Assembly: GCA_963745075.1 (NCBI GenBank)
Contig: CAVUWV010000010.1
Span: 96,001 to 160,000, forward strand
Source: Candidatus Hydrogenedentota bacterium
GTDB lineage: Bacteria > Hydrogenedentota > Hydrogenedentia > Hydrogenedentales > SLHB01
Direction: 5' to 3'
DNA: 64,000 nucleotides
This document shows positions 47,303-56,715 of the stretch, one piece after another. The position numbers were made by a program, and so were the translations under genes. How positions within the stretch are numbered: the stretch's first letter is position 1; each line of letters opens with the position of its first letter. The notes beneath the pieces were generated by a model. The model did not search any database. It was not told the DNA's origin and saw nothing but the letters and a program-made list of their open reading frames with translations.

Positions 47303-48562
47303 ATGAGCCGATTTGCAGTGCGCTGGGTCGTGATACTGATTTTTGTGGTGGTGTGGTCCGTCACTCCCGATGCCACCGCGTTCCCATGGGGAAAGAAGAA
47401 GCGGGTGGACCCGGAGGATTTAGTTCGGGGAGTCCGTTCGGAGGTTGTCGAGGATCATGCAACCATCGACATTCCCGGCGAGGGGAAAATAGAAACGCCC
47501 GAGCCGGATGAATTCGCAGAAAATGGACCGATTCCGGAATCCCTTCCGGATACCGAATACACCATTGGGCCGGGGGACGTAATAGGTTTTCAGTCCTTTG
47601 ACGACCCGTCCCTGTCGCGAGAGTCGGTCGTCGTTTTGTTTGATGGCACCTTGTCCCTTCCCCTGATTCCGGATCTGAATGTGAACGGATTGACCCGCGA
47701 GGAAGCGGAGAAGAAGATCCACGACTCCTATGCCGATGGGGTCTTCAAGGACCCCCAATTGACGGTTAGCGTGCGGACCACGGGCAGCAAGTACTATTAC
47801 GTGTTGGGTGACGTGCTGCGCGCGAGCCGGTATCCCTACGAGCAACCGATCAGCGTTCTCGCGGCGATCAACATCGCAGGCGGGCTTCGCACGTCTTCCC
47901 GGTCCGATGGCCAGGACGTTGCGGCGTCCCCGGGAACGCTCACCACTGCCTTTATCATTCGCGACCGCCACGGCAAACGGCAGGTCATCGAGCTCGATCT
48001 CAGCTATCTGACCAACAAGGGTCCGCACCCGTCGGAGACGCTCGTGTTGCCGGGCGACTTTGTGTACATCCCCGAAGGCGTCAACCTCGTTTATGTGTTG
48101 GGCGAGGTGCGCAATCCAAACGTATTCCAGTTAGCGGAAGGTCAGACCCTTACCCAGACACTGACTCGCGCCGGCGGGCCCGTCGAGAGTACCGGGAAGC
48201 TGAAGAGCGTGGTGCTCATGCGCGAAGTGGACAGCACCCATCGCGACGTCCTCGTAATCAATTGGAAGGAGATTATGCGGACTGGGTACGACATTCCACT
48301 ACGGCCCGGGGACGTTGTCTATGTGCCTCGAAAAGGGTTGGTTCGACTCGACGAGTTCGTGTCGCGGGTAACGGGGCCGCTGTCACAAGTCATGGGACTT
48401 TATTCGCAGTACTGGGATACCTACTATGCTGAAGACCGCAACAAGATTTTGGTCGACACGAGCACCGGAAACGGAGCGGTTGGTATCCTGCAGAACGTGC
48501 GGAACTTCGGCCAATTGCTGCAACAATTTCAGACCAGTGGACAACCGATCCCGACGCCTTAG
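47303..48562 (+). CDS. Polysaccharide export protein (Wza-like, SLBB domains)
   Basis: Motifs EYTIGPGD, DGTLSLPLI, VYVLGEV and LRPGDVVYVP. Confidence 0.88.
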   Translation: MSRFAVRWVVILIFVVVWSVTPDATAFPWGKKKRVDPEDLVRGVRSEVVEDHATIDIPGEGKIETPEPDEFAENGPIPESLPDTEYTIGPGDVIGFQSFDDPSLSRESVVVLFDGTLSLPLIPDLNVNGLTREEAEKKIHDSYADGVFKDPQLTVSVRTTGSKYYYVLGDVLRASRYPYEQPISVLAAINIAGGLRTSSRSDGQDVAASPGTLTTAFIIRDRHGKRQVIELDLSYLTNKGPHPSETLVLPGDFVYIPEGVNLVYVLGEVRNPNVFQLAEGQTLTQTLTRAGGPVESTGKLKSVVLMREVDSTHRDVLVINWKEIMRTGYDIPLRPGDVVYVPRKGLVRLDEFVSRVTGPLSQVMGLYSQYWDTYYAEDRNKILVDTSTGNGAVGILQNVRNFGQLLQQFQTSGQPIPTP

Positions 48563-48586
48563 CTCACGAGATAGGAACATATTGCC

Positions 48587-50917
48587 ATGACGACCGATTT
48601 TACAAGCGATGTTTCCGTAACGTCACTGGGCCAGGCGGGTGCGGCCGGGGTGTCGCCGCGTAACCTCAATTTTAAGCGGTTGATTCGCATGCGCGGACCG
48701 CTGATGATCTTGGTCGCGGTGGTGGTCGCGCTACCGTTGCTGGTGGCCGTCTGGTTTGTCGTTCCGCGGGAGTACAACGCGACTGCCCGCATCCGCTTCT
48801 CCAACAGCCGGCCTACCGTGCTGACCAATACCGGCGGCACGGCGATTTCCTCGGACTACGTGACCCACGTTCAGACGCAGGTCAATATTATCAAGGGGGC
48901 GGCCGTGCTGGGCCGGGTGGTTGAACGACAAGACATTCGGAATCTGCCGCTGATCCAGAAACAGGCCGATCCGTTGCTGTTTCTGGAAAACAACGTATCG
49001 TCGCGACTCATCCCCATGACCGAACTCGTGGAAGTTTCATTTCAATCCAGCGATCGCGAAACCGCCATGGCGATTGTGCAGGCCACGGTGGACGAGTACT
49101 TGAAGTTCGCCACCTCTGCCGAAAAGGCCCGCAACGATACGATCACGCGTCAGCTCATCGATGAGCGCGATACCCTCGATAAGCGCGTTACGGACCTGCG
49201 CGCCGCGGTGACCGAAAAACGCGAAGCCATCCGCGGCGTGCAATTGCCCGGCGTCAACAGCGTGGACGCCGAGACTCGTGCCTACTACGACAACCAATCC
49301 AAGGCGCTGAGTGACAAGACGACGGCCGAGAAGAAGATCGAACAAATCGAAAAGGAAATCAGCGATATCGAATCCTTGATGGCCGAGCAGGAGAAGAATC
49401 CCGAGCAGCCGATTTACAAGTACGGCGTGGAAGAGGCCGTCACGCAGGATAATGCCGTGGTCGTACAGACTCAGATGCTGGCCACCCACGAGGCGGATTT
49501 GGCGCAGGCCAAGAGCCGGTACGTCGAGGATCATCCCCAAGTCCGATTGAAAACGGAAGCCCGCGACGCGTCCAAGAAGGAACTGGTCCAGGCGCAAGCC
49601 ACCGCCCGCGCCAAAATCCTCCGGTCCCGCTACGAACAGAAGAGGGAAGAGTTGGATACGGCGCACAAAGCCCTGGAAGATGCCGAGCAACGTATTGCGG
49701 ATTTTGACGCGGAGCTGGAGAAGCAATCGGAAGAGTCCGTGGAAGTGACCAAAGCGTTGACCGCCGTGCGCGAGGCGGAAGAGTCGTTGAACGACGCCCG
49801 CGACGACCTCAAGACGGTCCAGGACCGAATTCGATCGCTGCACGTGGAAAGCCGGGCCCCTGCCACCGTGGAAGTTGCCGTCGGCGCCCATGCCCCCACC
49901 GAGCCGGATTATGGAAAACGGCTGAAATATATGGCGCTCGTGATGATGGGCTCCTGTGGCGTCGGGTTTGGCATCGGAATGTGGCGTGAGATCACCGACC
50001 AACAGGTCCGGTCCGCCCAGGACATCGGCTACTGCACCGAACTGCCGTTAATGGGAGTGATTCCACACGCGAGCGTGGACAAGATCCCCGAGAACGCGAA
50101 CCTGGCAACAATCGCCGCCGATCACCCCGACTGCATTTCGGCCGACGCCGTTCGCCGCGTCATAACGCGCATCATCTATCCGCCCGAGGGTTCTGCCGAG
50201 TTGAATACCTGTCTCGTAACCAGTGCGAGTCGCGGCGACGGCAAGACGACCATTGCGTGCAATCTGGCCATCGCGCTGGCCCAGGCCAATCGCCGGGTGC
50301 TGTTGGTGGATTTGAGCGCGCGCCGTCCCAACGTCGAAAAACGCTTGGGTCTGGAGCCCGCAGAAGGCCTCAGCGAAGTCTTCACGCGAGATATCCGAAC
50401 CGAAGACGCCATCCGGGAATCCCAATACCCGAATTTGTCGGTGCTGGGGCCGGGTCTGAACGGAAAAGTGTTGATTGGGCGTTTAGCTTCGCGAGAAACG
50501 GTTCAGTTCCTGGAACAGGCAGAAGAGGCGTTTGAACACGTGATTATCGATACGCCGCCCGTGTTGCTGATGTCGGATGCCAAACTTCTCGCGCCGATTG
50601 TGGATGGGGTGATCGTCGTTGTGGGCGCCGAGGTGTCCATGCTGGGCATGGTCCGTCGCACGTTGCGTGACCTCCAGCAGATCGGCTCGAACGTAGTCGG
50701 CGTGGTTTTGAACGGAGTGAAACATATGCCCGGCGGCTACATGCGCCGCAATCTGACCAGTTACTACAACTACGGGTCCGAACACACCGATGTCCGGCCC
50801 GGCGACGACCAACCGCTCCGTCCCGAGCCGGTAACCGATGCGGACGCGGAGGATATGCCTTCGATCATGCTGGTGGACGACGATGACGGTGTGCGGCCGA
50901 AGCGTGACGAATTCTGA
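48587..50917 (+). CDS. Polysaccharide co-polymerase / tyrosine autokinase (Wzc-like)
   Basis: Two TM helices flank a coiled coil. Walker A GDGKTT, VLLVD, IIDTPP and a Tyr-rich tail (SYYNY) follow. Confidence 0.9.
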   Translation: MTTDFTSDVSVTSLGQAGAAGVSPRNLNFKRLIRMRGPLMILVAVVVALPLLVAVWFVVPREYNATARIRFSNSRPTVLTNTGGTAISSDYVTHVQTQVNIIKGAAVLGRVVERQDIRNLPLIQKQADPLLFLENNVSSRLIPMTELVEVSFQSSDRETAMAIVQATVDEYLKFATSAEKARNDTITRQLIDERDTLDKRVTDLRAAVTEKREAIRGVQLPGVNSVDAETRAYYDNQSKALSDKTTAEKKIEQIEKEISDIESLMAEQEKNPEQPIYKYGVEEAVTQDNAVVVQTQMLATHEADLAQAKSRYVEDHPQVRLKTEARDASKKELVQAQATARAKILRSRYEQKREELDTAHKALEDAEQRIADFDAELEKQSEESVEVTKALTAVREAEESLNDARDDLKTVQDRIRSLHVESRAPATVEVAVGAHAPTEPDYGKRLKYMALVMMGSCGVGFGIGMWREITDQQVRSAQDIGYCTELPLMGVIPHASVDKIPENANLATIAADHPDCISADAVRRVITRIIYPPEGSAELNTCLVTSASRGDGKTTIACNLAIALAQANRRVLLVDLSARRPNVEKRLGLEPAEGLSEVFTRDIRTEDAIRESQYPNLSVLGPGLNGKVLIGRLASRETVQFLEQAEEAFEHVIIDTPPVLLMSDAKLLAPIVDGVIVVVGAEVSMLGMVRRTLRDLQQIGSNVVGVVLNGVKHMPGGYMRRNLTSYYNYGSEHTDVRPGDDQPLRPEPVTDADAEDMPSIMLVDDDDGVRPKRDEF

Positions 50918-51072
50918 GGCGTGTGAAGGAATGGCTCTATGCTCGGGAAGGATTCCCGTCTGCCGGTGACAGGCCATGTCGTCCCCTTCTCCGCATACGC
51001 GCGGGAGGAACCGAACGCATGAGGGGACACCCATTCGGTAACCCCATGACCCTCACGTCGATAGGCGGTGGT

Positions 51073-51858
51073 ATGCAAGGCACAACGGAAAAAACGGTCG
51101 AACTGTTCGGCGTCCGGTTTAACGACCTGACGTTTGACGAATTGTGCAGCCGTGTCCTCCGTTTCGTTCGTGCTGGACAACGTTCCTATATGGTGACCGC
51201 CAACGTCGATCATATCTGCCGGTGTCAAACGGATGCCGCCTTTCGCGAGGCATACGCCAATGCCGGCACCGTCGTTTGTGACGGGAAACCCTTGATTTGG
51301 ATGTCTCGACTGCTGGGCCGGCCGCTCCGGGAAAAACTGAGTGGATCAGACCTCGTGGTCGCCTTGTCGGAGTTCGCCGCCAATGAAGGGCTCAGCGTGT
51401 TTCTGTTCGGGGCCGCGGAAGGCGTGGCCGTTCAGGCCGCGGACAATCTTCGGAGCCGTTTTCCGGAACTGAAGGTGGCGGGCGTATGCAGTCCGCCCAT
51501 GGGGTTCTATGCGGACGACGGCATGAACGCGGATGCGGTCCGCACAATTGCGGAAACGTCACCGCACATTTGTTTCGTTGCCCTCGGCTCGCCCCAGCAG
51601 GAACTGTGGATGAATCGCTGCCATCAACTATGCAACACCACGGTCCTGATAGGAATCGGCGCTTCATTCGATTTCCTTGCGGGCCGGGTGAAGCGCGCGC
51701 CGCGTTGGATGCAGCAAGGCGGCGTGGAATGGGTATGGCGGTTGTATCAGGAACCGCGCCGTCTGTGGCGCCGGTATCTGGTGGATGACATGAAGATCGT
51801 TGGATTGTTGTGGCGCGAACTGCGACGGAATCGCAACCGCCAAACCCGGATGACATAG
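51073..51858 (+). CDS. WecB/TagA/CpsF-family glycosyltransferase
   Basis: Motifs VTANVDH, CDG, GSDL, LGSPQQE, GASFDF and RAPRWMQ...EPRRLWRRY. Confidence 0.92.
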   Translation: MQGTTEKTVELFGVRFNDLTFDELCSRVLRFVRAGQRSYMVTANVDHICRCQTDAAFREAYANAGTVVCDGKPLIWMSRLLGRPLREKLSGSDLVVALSEFAANEGLSVFLFGAAEGVAVQAADNLRSRFPELKVAGVCSPPMGFYADDGMNADAVRTIAETSPHICFVALGSPQQELWMNRCHQLCNTTVLIGIGASFDFLAGRVKRAPRWMQQGGVEWVWRLYQEPRRLWRRYLVDDMKIVGLLWRELRRNRNRQTRMT

Positions 51859-51878
51859 TGCGACGAGGTCGTTAGTTT

Positions 51879-54800
51879 ATGGTTGGATCATTATGGAAGT
51901 GGATTGTAGGTGCCATCGTGCTCATTGCAGTGCTCGCGGTGGGGGCGTATTTCGGACTCGAAATGTACATCGCGCACCGCAACCAGCAATGGCTGGCGGA
52001 AGCGGACGCAGCGTACGACTCCGGCGATTGGCAATTGGCCAAGAATTACTTCGAACGCTACATTCCGCAGGACAAAGATAACGTGGAACTCTTGCTGCGC
52101 TACGCCGATGCGTGCCAGCGCGTATTGAACGGTCGTGTGGCGGCGCTACAAGGGGCCGCTACCGCGTACCAGCAGGTGCTTACCCTCGATCCGGACAATC
52201 GGGAGATTCGCGAAAAGCTACTCCGTCTGTACAAGAAGATGGGGGCGTGGGGGAACCTCGAGTACTACACGGAAGAATGGTTGTCTTCCCACCCCGACGA
52301 CCCGGAACTCAGGTACGACCATGCGCTCGCACTTGACCGGCTCGGCCGTCGTGACGAAGCCATCGAGGAATACCGGATGCTCGCCGAGGCGAACACTGAC
52401 TATTCGCAAGCTTACGCCGACTATGCCCGGCTGCTCCACGATCGCGGCCTCGACATCGAGGCCGAAAAAGTCTTGCGCGACGCGGTCGAGCGACGGCCGA
52501 ATGACGCACAAGTCCGGATCGATTACGCCCGTTTTCTGGCCCGAAAACGCGATTGGGACCAAGTGGATGCGTTGCTCCAGGAAGCCATCACGATGGCGCC
52601 CGACAATCCCGACGTATTGATCGCGCAAGCGCAGGCGGCCGGCCTTCGCGAGAATTATGACCAAGTCATCGAGTGCCTGCGCAAAGCCACCATAGTCGAT
52701 CCGGACAACGCCACCGCTCACCTCATGCTGGCGGGCGCCTACGTGGCCATGGACGATGTTCCCAGCGCGGTGGATACCTTGCGCGACGTCGATCCGATCG
52801 TGCAGGTCGACAATCCCTCGATTCTGATCACGCTGGGCGATTTGCAACTGAGTCTGCGCCAGTTCGACGAAGCCCATGCAACACTCCAACGATACACTAA
52901 CGCGTATTCCGAACAGCTTCCGGTCAATGAGTATTTTGCCGCCAAAGAACTGCTCGTGAAAGGGAGCCCCCGCGACGCCATCAAGAAACTGGCAACCGTC
53001 GTGGAACTCCGCCCGAATTTCCTCCAAGCGCAATACACGTTGGCCGTCGCTTATATTGACGCAGGCGACATGGAACTGGCCAGAAACGCCCTCGATGCGT
53101 ACCTGGACAAGAATCCGAGCGACGTACGCGCTCGTGACCTGCTCCTGCGGAATTTCGGCGAGCCGATTTCGTATGAGGATACCGTCGCGCGTGCCAATGA
53201 AACCCTGGACAACGCCGATGCGGGCGCCGAAGCGCTCTACGCCGCTGGATTCGCGCTCTTTGAAATGTCCCGCCGGTCGGGCGCGCTCGAATCCAACCAG
53301 GACACCATCCGGCGATTGCTGCGGCGCAGCATCGAAAAGGCGCCCCGGAAAGCCAACGCCTACCGGACCCTGGTGGAACTCGAGTTGTCTGACGGCCAGA
53401 TTCGCAACGCCTCCAGTATCGTGGATGAGGCCACGCAGGCGGGCGTTCCCGAATCCGACCTCGCGAAGCCGCGCGTGGCAATCGCACTGGCATCCGGCGA
53501 TAACGACAAAGCGCACGAGATCGTCTCGGAATCGTTCGCGGACACGGCCGTGCCCGCCGTTGAAACGTACATCGAGTGGGGGCAGTTTCTCGCGTCCCAC
53601 GGTGCGTACGACGAGGCGGCGAGCGTGCTGGATGAAGGCGCGAGCAAAATTCCCGGCGAGGACGCCAAGAACAAACTCGCATTGGTCCGCATATCTCTGG
53701 ACACCCGGCGCGGCAATATCGACGACGCCATCAAACGCTTGCAGGAACTCGATGCGCAAGTGCCGCTCGACAGCCCCCAGCGTCACGAATTCAATGCCGC
53801 GCGATTGGAGGTCGTTCAGTATTTATTGGGGTCCGATTCCGGCGAAGGAGGCGACCGCGTCGTGTCTCTTGCAGACGCGGTCCGTAAAGAGGAACCGGAC
53901 AATTCCGTCCTCAAGACCATCGACGGCTTTCTTCTTTTGCGAAAAGATCCACCGGACGTGGACCAGGCCAAAACGTTGTTCGAAAGCGCCGCAGCCGCGA
54001 GCCCGCGCGACGTGAATGCCTTTTGGGGCCTGGCCCGAGTGGCCTCTCTGGAACAAGACTATCCCCGTGCGCTGGTCTTCGCCGAGCGGGCGGCCGCGCT
54101 GGCTCCGGATGTTCCTGCATTGCAACTTCAGCTCGGCGAAATCCTGTCCGCCTTGGGCCGGCGTTTGGAAGCGGAGAAAGCGCTCAAACAAGTGTTGAAA
54201 GATGAACCGCAGAATCTGCGTGCCCTCCAGCTCCTGATCGGGAGTTTGATCGATCGAAAACAGATTCGACAGGCCCGGGAGCTTCTGGCCCAACTGGAGC
54301 GCGACAATGGTTTGGATCCGGCCGACGCGGCTGCCGTACGCAGCCTGCGCGGCCGATTGCTGATGTCGCAAGGGGACAACGTGGAAGCCGAACAACTGCT
54401 CAGGGAGCAGTACGCGAACGATCCGGACAACATCGATTTGGCCCGAAACCTCGCCAGGACGATGCTGAACCAGGGGCGCTCGGAAGAAGCCGTTCGGTTC
54501 CTGGGTGAATTCGCGCAGAAGCATGCATCTCGGCCCGAAGGATGGGTGGCGCTCGCCCGGCTCTACACGACCGAAGGTGGCGATGCGAACCTTGCGCGGG
54601 CCTCTACGGCACTGACGCGTGCACTCGTCGCAGACCCGCACTTCGCCCCCGCGCTGCGCGACATGCTCGGTGTCCGGATCAAGCAAGGCAACTTGGGCGA
54701 GGCAATCGGCCTCTGCGACCGCTATCTCGAGAAGAGTCCGGACAGTCCGGATATCCTGAACACGAAAGCGCTGCTATTGGCCGATACGCGTGGGCAATTG

Positions 54801-55124
54801 GATGCCGCAGAGACGACCATCGAACGGGCGATTGCGCTGGACAATCAGCCCGAGTACGTGGCTACACGGGGTATGATTCTACTCCGGAAGGGCGAATCGC
54901 GCCGGGCCCTCGAGGATCTGCAGTCCGCGGCCGCGAATATGTCTTCCACCACGGCCACAATCGATTTGGCCCTCGCCGAAGCTTATCTCGCCGAAGGCGA
55001 TCCGTCGTCGGCGCAGCGATACTACAATTCGGCCGTGCGCAAATCAGACCAGGGCGAGCCCGTGGATCGCAGCCGACTCACTCGAGTGGGTCAGATGCTT
55101 GAAAAACAAGGGGCTGCAGCATGA
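51879..55124 (+). CDS. Membrane-anchored TPR-repeat protein
   Basis: N-terminal TM helix followed by many TPR-like helical repeats over 1081 aa. Confidence 0.85.
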   Translation: MVGSLWKWIVGAIVLIAVLAVGAYFGLEMYIAHRNQQWLAEADAAYDSGDWQLAKNYFERYIPQDKDNVELLLRYADACQRVLNGRVAALQGAATAYQQVLTLDPDNREIREKLLRLYKKMGAWGNLEYYTEEWLSSHPDDPELRYDHALALDRLGRRDEAIEEYRMLAEANTDYSQAYADYARLLHDRGLDIEAEKVLRDAVERRPNDAQVRIDYARFLARKRDWDQVDALLQEAITMAPDNPDVLIAQAQAAGLRENYDQVIECLRKATIVDPDNATAHLMLAGAYVAMDDVPSAVDTLRDVDPIVQVDNPSILITLGDLQLSLRQFDEAHATLQRYTNAYSEQLPVNEYFAAKELLVKGSPRDAIKKLATVVELRPNFLQAQYTLAVAYIDAGDMELARNALDAYLDKNPSDVRARDLLLRNFGEPISYEDTVARANETLDNADAGAEALYAAGFALFEMSRRSGALESNQDTIRRLLRRSIEKAPRKANAYRTLVELELSDGQIRNASSIVDEATQAGVPESDLAKPRVAIALASGDNDKAHEIVSESFADTAVPAVETYIEWGQFLASHGAYDEAASVLDEGASKIPGEDAKNKLALVRISLDTRRGNIDDAIKRLQELDAQVPLDSPQRHEFNAARLEVVQYLLGSDSGEGGDRVVSLADAVRKEEPDNSVLKTIDGFLLLRKDPPDVDQAKTLFESAAAASPRDVNAFWGLARVASLEQDYPRALVFAERAAALAPDVPALQLQLGEILSALGRRLEAEKALKQVLKDEPQNLRALQLLIGSLIDRKQIRQARELLAQLERDNGLDPADAAAVRSLRGRLLMSQGDNVEAEQLLREQYANDPDNIDLARNLARTMLNQGRSEEAVRFLGEFAQKHASRPEGWVALARLYTTEGGDANLARASTALTRALVADPHFAPALRDMLGVRIKQGNLGEAIGLCDRYLEKSPDSPDILNTKALLLADTRGQLDAAETTIERAIALDNQPEYVATRGMILLRKGESRRALEDLQSAAANMSSTTATIDLALAEAYLAEGDPSSAQRYYNSAVRKSDQGEPVDRSRLTRVGQMLEKQGAAA

Positions 55125-56701
55125 GCACCGAATCCACCACATCCCGCAATTCACAGCCCCGCGACGATCGGACAGCCGCCGAAACCCCGTCCCGGCGCCC
55201 CCCATGGTTTATGGCAAGTCTTTTTATTGTCGCGCTGGTTGTCCTTTACTGGCGGGCGGCCGGCGAGCTTTACACGAACTGGACCTTGACCGATTCGTAC
55301 TACACGCACGGGTTCCTCATTCCCTTCGTCAGCGCCTATTTCATTTGGAAAGACCGCGCGTATCTTTCCAAGCTTCCGATTGCCCCGTCTGCGTCCGGCG
55401 TGGTCTGGATTGCGTTTGCGGCGCTGTTGCTGTTGTTGGGGGACTTTCTGGGCTTCCGCGTATTCGCCCATTTGTCGTTGATTCCCATGCTCGCCGGGAT
55501 GATCGCCGTGCTCCTGGGCGCGCAGTGGGTGCGACGCATGTGGTTTCCGCTGGTATTTCTGATTTTCATGATACCGATTCCGCCGTCATTGACACAGAAC
55601 ATTGCCCTGAAGCTGAAGCTGCTGGCCGCACAAAGTGCCGTGGCACTCGCCAACGCCGTCACGCTGCCCATGGTACAGGAAGGATCCTGGATTCACTTTG
55701 GCGACGACCGCTTGCTCGTTGGAGACGTCTGTGGCGGGCTGCGTTCCTTGATCGCGTTACTGGCATTGGGTGCGGTTTTCGCATACATCAGCAAGGTTCG
55801 GACTTGGGCCAAGGTCTTCATCATGGCCATGGCGGGTCCCATTGCGGTTGCGGCGAACATCGTGCGGATCTTCTTCCTCTGCGTCGTCGCCTACTTCTGG
55901 GGCAGCGAGGTGGCCGGCGGCAAAGTCCACGATTACTCCGGAATCCTGATCTTTGCCGTAGCGATTTTGCTCTTTACCGCGCTGGATGCGCCGCTGCGCC
56001 GCTTCGCTGCGGAGAAGGAGGATTCTGCCGAACCGGGGTCGCCGGCTCCGGCACGTCCCGGCAAATCGCGTCGCGGTCCGATTGCGTTCGCGCTCGCGAT
56101 CCTCATTACCGCTACAGCCGGCCATCTCGGGATCCTTCGCGCCCAAACCCAGGGGCAAGTCGACGCAAGCGCGAAGCCGATCCTTGACATCCCCGCTACT
56201 ATCGTCGATTACAAACAGATGGGCAGCGACAGTGAAGTGGACGAACGCACTCGCGAGATCCTGGAAACCAGTACGATCCTCATTCGCAACTACCAGTCGC
56301 CGGTTACGCATCGTCCCATCCAGTTGAGTATCGTGCACGCGGGGACGACGCGCCGCAGTCTGCACTTTCCCGAGGTCTGCCTGGTGGGTGATGGCTGGGA
56401 AATCGTGAAACAGGATGATGTGCCGGTCGGTATCCTGTTTACCGCACGCCGGCTCGTATTGATGAAAGGAAACCAATACGAAGCGGTGTTGTACTGGTTC
56501 AAAACCGGGGACTACGTAACGGGGAACTTTTTCGCAAACGCGTTATACTGGGCCAAGAACCAGATTACCTTCGGATCGCCCAGCTCCGCGATGATAAAGC
56601 TGAGCACCCCGATCGTCTCCGACGGAGATGCCGCCGCGTTTGCGGCACTCGACGATTTCGCCATGAAATTCACGCCGATTATGATGCAGAAAATCAATTA
56701 G
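55121..56701 (+). CDS. Exosortase (EpsH) fused to an EpsI-family domain
   Basis: HGFLIP and the Cys-Arg-His triad (VCGGLRS, NIVRI, VHD). The C-terminal domain has HFPEVCL..GW and VLYWF. Confidence 0.9.
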   Translation: MSTESTTSRNSQPRDDRTAAETPSRRPPWFMASLFIVALVVLYWRAAGELYTNWTLTDSYYTHGFLIPFVSAYFIWKDRAYLSKLPIAPSASGVVWIAFAALLLLLGDFLGFRVFAHLSLIPMLAGMIAVLLGAQWVRRMWFPLVFLIFMIPIPPSLTQNIALKLKLLAAQSAVALANAVTLPMVQEGSWIHFGDDRLLVGDVCGGLRSLIALLALGAVFAYISKVRTWAKVFIMAMAGPIAVAANIVRIFFLCVVAYFWGSEVAGGKVHDYSGILIFAVAILLFTALDAPLRRFAAEKEDSAEPGSPAPARPGKSRRGPIAFALAILITATAGHLGILRAQTQGQVDASAKPILDIPATIVDYKQMGSDSEVDERTREILETSTILIRNYQSPVTHRPIQLSIVHAGTTRRSLHFPEVCLVGDGWEIVKQDDVPVGILFTARRLVLMKGNQYEAVLYWFKTGDYVTGNFFANALYWAKNQITFGSPSSAMIKLSTPIVSDGDAAAFAALDDFAMKFTPIMMQKIN

Positions 56702-56715
56702 TGAAGGGAACTTCC